38,928 bases of DNA. Source: an uncultured Rhodovulum sp. GTDB taxonomy: Bacteria > Pseudomonadota > Alphaproteobacteria > Rhodobacterales > Rhodobacteraceae. Made by a program: the position numbers and the translations under genes. Positions 35,901-38,928 of the stretch are shown piece by piece. Location of the stretch: the NCBI GenBank assembly GCA_946221765.1, contig CAMIMK010000001.1, positions 1-38,928 on the forward strand. The letters are read 5' to 3'. Each line of letters begins with the position of its first letter. The first letter of the stretch is position 1. The notes below the pieces were generated by a model. That model did no database searches. It was not told where the DNA came from and saw only the letters and a program-made list of their open reading frames with translations.

Positions 35901-37275
35901 GAACGACCGCCTGCGCATCCACTACCTGCTCGAAGCCGGCTGGAAGGCCGACACCGCGATCCAGGGTCTCGGCCGCACCCACCGGACGAACCAGCGCCAG
36001 CCGCCGCTGTTCCGGCCGATCGCCACCGACGTGAAAGCCGAGAAGCGTTTCCTCTCGACCATCGCCCGCCGGCTCGACACCCTCGGCGCCATCACCCGCG
36101 GCCAGCGCCAGACCGGCGGCCAGGGGCTGTTCCGCCCCGAGGACAATCTCGAAAGCCCCTACGCCCGCGACGCGCTGCGGCAGCTCTACCTACTGATCGT
36201 TCGCGGCAGGATCGAGGGCTGCCCACTCGATCGCTTCGAGGCGGCGACCGGGCTCAAGCTGATGGACGCGAACGGCGTCCGCGACGACCTGCCGCCGATC
36301 ACCACCTTCCTGAACCGGCTGCTGGCGCTGACGATCGATCTGCAGGGCGTGCTCTTCACCGCCTTCGAGCAACTCCTCGCCGCCCGCGTCGAGGGGGCGA
36401 TCGCCGCCGGCGTCTACGACCTCGGGCTGGAGACCCTCGTCGCCGAGAGCTTCACCGTCACCAAACGGCGGACGATCCACACCCATCCGCGCACCGGTGC
36501 CGAGACCCGGCTCCTCACCATCCGCCAGCGCCAGCGCAATCGGCCGTTGGCCGCCGCCGACGCGCTCGCGCGGGCAGAAGAGCCGGGCGCGCGGCTCCTC
36601 GTCAACAGCCGCTCCGGCCGGGCGGCGGTGCAGGTTCCGGCGGCGAGCGTCATGCTCGACGACGGCGAGATCGAGCGGCGGGTGCGGCTGATCCGGGCAA
36701 TGGAGGCGGTGAACCTGCCGGCGAAGGCGCTTGACGAGACGCATTGGGCGGAGGCCGGTCCGGCGACCTTCACGGCAGCCTGGGAGGCCGAGCTCGCCGA
36801 AGTGCCCACCTTCACCGAGTCGACCCTGCACATCGTCTCCGGCTTGTTGCTGCCGATCTGGAAGCGGCTGCCGCAGGACTCGACCCGAGTCTACCGCCTG
36901 CGCACCGACGACGGCGAGCGCATCGTCGGCCGCCGGGTGTCGCCGGCCTGGGTCGCCGGCGTGCTCGCCGCCGAGGGTGCGACGCCGGCGCTGTCGCCGG
37001 AGGACGCCTTCGGCGCGCTCGTCGACGGGCGGATCGTCCTCGACCTCGCCGACGGGCTGCAGCTTCGGCGCTCTCGCGTCATGCACGCCGACCGGATCGA
37101 GCTCCTCGGCTTCACCGAGGGGGTGCGCGAGCGGCTGAAGGCCGACGGGCTCTTTGGCGAGATCATCTCGTGGAAGCTGCGGCTCTTCGTGCCGACCGGC
37201 GCCGAGGGCCCGTCCGTCCTTGGCCGGCTCTTCGCGCGCTGGCCCATCTCGGGCGTCTCCGAGCGGAGTGCCTGA
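32926..37275 (+). CDS. Strawberry-notch family SF2 helicase fused to an N-terminal N6-adenine-type methyltransferase
   Basis: VLEPSAGTG (SAM binding), VLMNPPFS (motif IV), GDGTGVGKGR (Walker A), FDEAH, YVSATGA, QGLGRTHRTNQ. SD GAGG before ATG 32926. Confidence 0.92.
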   Translation: MNMLSTLPAPAEAPAPLASTPGTLGVSILTAATLLLPHLERGTRIDATILRAVMASTFLDTDATGRWDWKTAYDACEAATVLFLRKHGPALFRKATTSAARLRLLDRIAARMPTHTRRSEESRGRQQFSTPIGLGLAAATAAAITPDDLVLEPSAGTGLLAIFAERAGAGLALNELADNRARLLAALFPDIPVTRFDAAQIDDHLDPAFTPSVVLMNPPFSALAEVDGRVADAAARHVASALARLAPGGRLMAITGAGFAPDHPTWAPTFARLQEHCRVVFSAALDGAVYARHGTTMPTRMTVIDKAPADDRTVFPATPGVAPDVATLLGWIDNMVPPRLPVVRSGVREPRPASAPARRADRRSAPVAPFATTVAPDAVELAYELLDDVAAADARLTDAVYEPYALQAIRIPSAAPHPTPLVQSAAMASVMPPRPRYRPLLPATILGPLSDAQLETVIAAGEAHAAHLAGAWTVDAAFDRVTAAADGAEGAVRFRQGFMIGDGTGVGKGRQAAAILLDSWLRGRRKAVWISKSDKLIEDAQRDWAALGMERLLVTPLARFAQGRRITLGEGILFTTYATLRSDGRGEKVSRVRQIVDWLGAGFDGVIVFDEAHAMQNAAGGKGERGDVAASQQGRAGLRLQHALPEARVLYVSATGATTVQNLAYAQRLGLWGGADFPFATRAEFVEAIEAGGVAAMEVLARDLRALGLYTARSLSFDGVTYELLEHALTPEQTALNDAYAGAFAVIHNNLDAALRAANVTGAAGTLNPQAKSAARSAFEGAKQRFFGHLLTSMKTPTLLRSIAGDLDAGHAAVVQIVSTGEALMERRLAEIPTEEWGDVRVDITPREYVLDYLAHSFPVQLYEPFTDSAGNLASRPVIRDGQPVESREAVARRDALIEHLAALPPVPGALDQIVQHFGADVVAEVTGRSRRIVRRRPANGVAGGDRLVVESRAASANLAEAAAFMEDKKRVLVFSDAGGTGRSYHADLAARNDRLRIHYLLEAGWKADTAIQGLGRTHRTNQRQPPLFRPIATDVKAEKRFLSTIARRLDTLGAITRGQRQTGGQGLFRPEDNLESPYARDALRQLYLLIVRGRIEGCPLDRFEAATGLKLMDANGVRDDLPPITTFLNRLLALTIDLQGVLFTAFEQLLAARVEGAIAAGVYDLGLETLVAESFTVTKRRTIHTHPRTGAETRLLTIRQRQRNRPLAAADALARAEEPGARLLVNSRSGRAAVQVPAASVMLDDGEIERRVRLIRAMEAVNLPAKALDETHWAEAGPATFTAAWEAELAEVPTFTESTLHIVSGLLLPIWKRLPQDSTRVYRLRTDDGERIVGRRVSPAWVAGVLAAEGATPALSPEDAFGALVDGRIVLDLADGLQLRRSRVMHADRIELLGFTEGVRERLKADGLFGEIISWKLRLFVPTGAEGPSVLGRLFARWPISGVSERSA

Positions 37276-38312
37276 TGCCGCGCTCCGAGATCGCCGACCT
37301 CGCGGCGCGCCTCGGCAGCGATGCCGAGGCGGTCTGTCGCACCTACCTTTCCGCCGGCCGCCGGGTGGGGCGCTACTGGATCGTCGGCGACGTTCGCAAT
37401 GCCGCCGGCCGCTCGATGTTCGTCCGGCTCTCGGGACCGGCGCGCGGACCCGGCGCGGCCGGGCGCTGGCGCGACGCCGCGACGGGCGAGCATGGCGATC
37501 TCCTCGACGTCATCCGGGAGGCGCTCGGCCTCGCCGGCGTTCGCGATGCCGCCGAGGAGGCCCGGCAGTTCCTCGGTCTGCCTCAGGAGCCGGTGATCGT
37601 CCGGCAGGCCCTCGATCGGCCAGCGAGCTTCGTCGACAGCACCGCTGCGGCGCGGCGGCTCTTCGCGGCTGCGCGTCCGATCGCCGGGACGCTGGCGGAG
37701 ACCTACCTGCGCCGCCGCGGCATCGCGATCTCGCCCGGCATCGACGCCCTGCGCTTCCATCCCCGCTGCTACCATCGCGAGGACGAGCGCGGGCCGCCCC
37801 TGCGGCTGCCGGCGCTCGTCGCCGCCGTCACCGATCTCGCCGGACGGCAGACCGGCGCGCATCGCACCTGGCTCGCCCCGACCGGGCGCGGAAAGGCGCG
37901 GGTCGTCACGCCGCGGCGGGCGATGGGGGAACTGCTCGGGCACGGGGTGCGCTTCGGCATGGCCGGGGAGGTGCTCGCCGTCGGCGAAGGGATCGAGACG
38001 GTGCTCTCGGTGCGGGCGGCGCTGCCGGGCCTGCCGATGCTGGCGGCGCTCTCCGCCGGCCACCTCGCCGCCGTCCGCTTCCCGGAGGCGCTGCGCCGGC
38101 TCTATGTCATCGTGGATCGCGATCCGGCGGGTGAGGCAGCGGGGGAGGCGCTGGCGACCCGAGCCGCCTCGGCCGGGATCGAGGCGGTGGTGCTGGTGCC
38201 GGTGCGAGGCGACTTCAACGACGACCTTCGCGCCTTCGGCCTCGGCGCCCTGCGGGAGGCGGTGCGGGCGCAGCTTCGTCCCGAGGACGCCGAACGGTTG
38301 CTGGGCCGGTGA
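37275..38312 (+). CDS. Toprim-domain primase-like protein
   Basis: TGATG coupling to the helicase gene. AEAVCRTYL...GRWRDAATGEHGDLLD, YLRRRGI, HRTWL, VGEGIETVLS, DRDPAG, GDFNDDL. Confidence 0.87.
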   Translation: MPRSEIADLAARLGSDAEAVCRTYLSAGRRVGRYWIVGDVRNAAGRSMFVRLSGPARGPGAAGRWRDAATGEHGDLLDVIREALGLAGVRDAAEEARQFLGLPQEPVIVRQALDRPASFVDSTAAARRLFAAARPIAGTLAETYLRRRGIAISPGIDALRFHPRCYHREDERGPPLRLPALVAAVTDLAGRQTGAHRTWLAPTGRGKARVVTPRRAMGELLGHGVRFGMAGEVLAVGEGIETVLSVRAALPGLPMLAALSAGHLAAVRFPEALRRLYVIVDRDPAGEAAGEALATRAASAGIEAVVLVPVRGDFNDDLRAFGLGALREAVRAQLRPEDAERLLGR

Positions 38313-38410
38313 GGCACGCGTGGTGGAGAGGGACAGGCGGGGCTACGGGCTCGTCGTGTCGTCTCTGCTGAAGCTGCCATTCCGCTGCACCCCACGCCGG
38401 ACCCGCGTCC

Positions 38411-38616
38411 CCACGGCCTTCTTCAGGGGCGAGCGGCCCACGGGCGGACCGGTCCGGCAATGGCGCGCGCCGCCGGCTATTTTCCGCCGGCGACCGGGGC
38501 GGTCGCCTTTGCATCGCGAGGCAAAATAGCCGGGCTTGGCCATCGAGGCCCTCGCGAAGGCGCTCGGGCTGCCGGACCGGTCCGCCCGTCGGCTTGTCGT
38601 CGCCAGAAGGCCGCGG
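38411..38616. repeat. Nested long inverted repeats in the toprim-DUF2493 intergenic region
   Basis: Perfect 20-bp IR 38440-38459 / 38570-38589, inner CGGCTATTTT/AAAATAGCCG, outer CCACGGCCTTCT/AGAAGGCCGCGG. Confidence 0.85.
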
Positions 38617-38649
38617 CGGTCGCGGTCGATCAGACGAGGAGCCCCCGAG

Positions 38650-38928
38650 ATGGCCCATGACGACGACGGCGCAGGCGACGAGCCGGTCCACACTTCCTCC
38701 GCCACCGACCACGTGCTGACCGAGCTCCAGCTCTACGGCTGGCGTCGCTTCGAGGACGAGCCCGATCCCCGGCCGCTCCCCGAGGGCAACCAGGTCGCCG
38801 CCGCCGTCGCCGACATCCTCGACGCCCTCGTCGCCACCCTTGCCGACACCCGCCTCGAGCCCGACCTCGAGGAGCTGCTCTGGGGCGCGGTCAACCTCTT
38901 CCACCGCGCCGCCTCCCGGGTCGAGCGC
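38650..38928 (+). CDS. DUF2493-type protein, 5' part (runs off the window)
   Basis: SD GAGGAG, open frame MAHDDD...TDHVLTELQLYGWRRFEDEPDPRPLP...LADTRLEPDLEELLWGAVNLFHR. This is its usual position after the toprim gene. Confidence 0.75.
   Translation, partial: MAHDDDGAGDEPVHTSSATDHVLTELQLYGWRRFEDEPDPRPLPEGNQVAAAVADILDALVATLADTRLEPDLEELLWGAVNLFHRAASRVER

Larger units (their letters stand above)
14150..38928. mobile_element. ICE/genomic island with large serine recombinase, integrated at tRNA-Met (right end outside window)
   Basis: att fragment + LSR + TA pair + typical alphaproteobacterial ICE/plasmid backbone (DUF932, ParB, strawberry notch, toprim, DUF2493). No relaxase or T4SS genes in the window. 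Confidence 0.7.

Noticed and set aside
32689..35982. 1097-aa minus-strand ORF
   Set aside because: Antisense shadow of the strawberry-notch gene.
38371..38382. Lone AAGCTGCCATTC matching the cargo box consensus
   Set aside because: No partner box at 46 bp and no CGCAGCAT; a single 8-mer is expected by chance.
1..38928. CRISPR array, rRNA or conjugation (relaxase/T4SS) genes
   Set aside because: No regularly spaced direct repeats or recognisable motifs seen; transfer genes, if any, lie outside the window.

Overview
High-GC, alphaproteobacterial-looking accessory DNA made of nested mobile elements. (1) 1-14149 is a defence island. It holds the 3' end of a C5 cytosine methyltransferase, convergent with a complete Mza-type operon (ankyrin-sigma70, GHKL ATPase, Z1, PD-(D/E)XK, AIPR) headed by a CapW-like WYL regulator, then a frameshifted tyrosine integrase and a DUF6880-like gene. 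The sigma factor carries an unexpected C-terminal GcrA-like DNA-binding domain. (2) At 14150-14194 a tRNA-Met(CAT) 3' half marks an att junction. It overlaps the C-terminus of a large serine recombinase that begins an ICE-like element. That element carries a DUF1778/GNAT toxin-antitoxin pair and a co-oriented leading-region-type backbone (DUF932, long ParB, several decayed small genes, strawberry-notch methylase/helicase, toprim, DUF2493), with repeated structured leaders. (3) Inserted between DUF932 and ParB is a ~9.4 kb composite (about 18428-27840): tyrosine recombinase + IS91-family HUH transposase, followed by defence-type cargo (GHKL ATPase-nuclease, IetAS AAA+/S8 protease) and an IS630 remnant. 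The cargo is bracketed by inverted two-box motifs with identical 46-bp spacing, which suggests an integron-like gene-capture system. All family calls are from recognition of sequence motifs; no database search was run.
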